Assembly: GCA_963555995.3 (NCBI GenBank)
Contig: OY821641.1
Location: forward strand, 1,728,001-1,792,000
DNA from: Vicinamibacteria bacterium
GTDB lineage: Bacteria; Acidobacteriota; Vicinamibacteria; Marinacidobacterales; Marinacidobacteraceae
Length of the DNA: 64,000 nucleotides
Direction of reading: 5' to 3'
The notes beneath the pieces were generated by a model, which worked only from the letters and a program-made list of their open reading frames with translations, was not told where the DNA came from and ran no database searches. This document shows positions 63,617 through 64,000 of this stretch, piece by piece. Within the stretch, counting starts at the first letter, position 1. Each line of letters starts with the position of its first letter. The position numbers were made by a program, and so were the translations under genes.

Positions 63617-63838
63617 CAAGCCGTTGGGGAAGCAGCCCGCACCGACCCCCGAAGAACGTGCGCAGTTGGGTCACCGGGCTTTCCGCGCGCGGGCTGCTTC
63701 CCCCACGGCGTGATGCCGGAGATCGCGTTGCGATCCCCGCCATCGTTCTTCATGGGGAGGGGAAGCCCCTCCCCAAACCCCTCCCCCGCGGCGCCGCGCG
63801 CCGCGAACCGGCACCTGCGGTTCTCTCTCATGAGTCGG

Positions 63839-64000
63839 TCAACGATCCGGAGAGCGACGTGCGACCGCGAGGGCGACGGTGTTGGCGAGGAGCATCGCGA
63901 TGGTGAGCGGCCCGACGCCGCCCGGAACCGGGGTATACGCCGACGAACGTTCCCGCATCGCCACCGGGTGGACGTCGCCGACCAGCGTGTAGCCGTTCCG
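63839..64000 (-). CDS. folD: Bifunctional methylene-THF dehydrogenase/cyclohydrolase, 3' end only
   Basis: Manual translation [12 protein letters not shown]...[20 protein letters not shown]...*. Confidence 0.92.
   Translation of the reverse strand, partial: RNGYTLVGDVHPVAMRERSSAYTPVPGGVGPLTIAMLLANTVALAVARRSPDR

Noticed and set aside
63753-63805. GGGGAGGGG-AAG-CCCCTCCCC hairpin as a third repeat family or terminator
   Set aside because: Single clear copy in the window and no convincing U-tract.

Overview
Very GC-rich bacterial DNA, most consistent with an Acidobacteriota genome and probably a marine-sponge symbiont (inferred from gene content). About 47 kb is housekeeping and envelope genes: argS, lepB, bshC, metH, yitJ-like, msrA, S41 peptidase, tatBC, ubiE, a type IV pilus cluster, then pyrG, kdsC, coaE and folD. 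The standout is a 12.7 kb NHLP/proteusin RiPP cluster (47612-60289) resembling the sponge-microbiome 'srp' cluster. It encodes an LCCCW-core precursor, a YcaO cyclodehydratase, a flavin-dependent Trp halogenase and two ABC exporters. It also has two unassigned enzymes: an NHLP leader fused to a class II terpene-cyclase-like domain, and a possible prenyltransferase, together suggesting a brominated azoline-peptide/terpenoid hybrid pathway. Two dispersed structured repeat families are present. One is a ~179-bp MITE-like element with YTAR flanks, strong covariation and a tandem triple; the other is a set of REP-like inverted doublets. Many host genes appear leaderless. All calls come from manual motif reading; no database searches were run.
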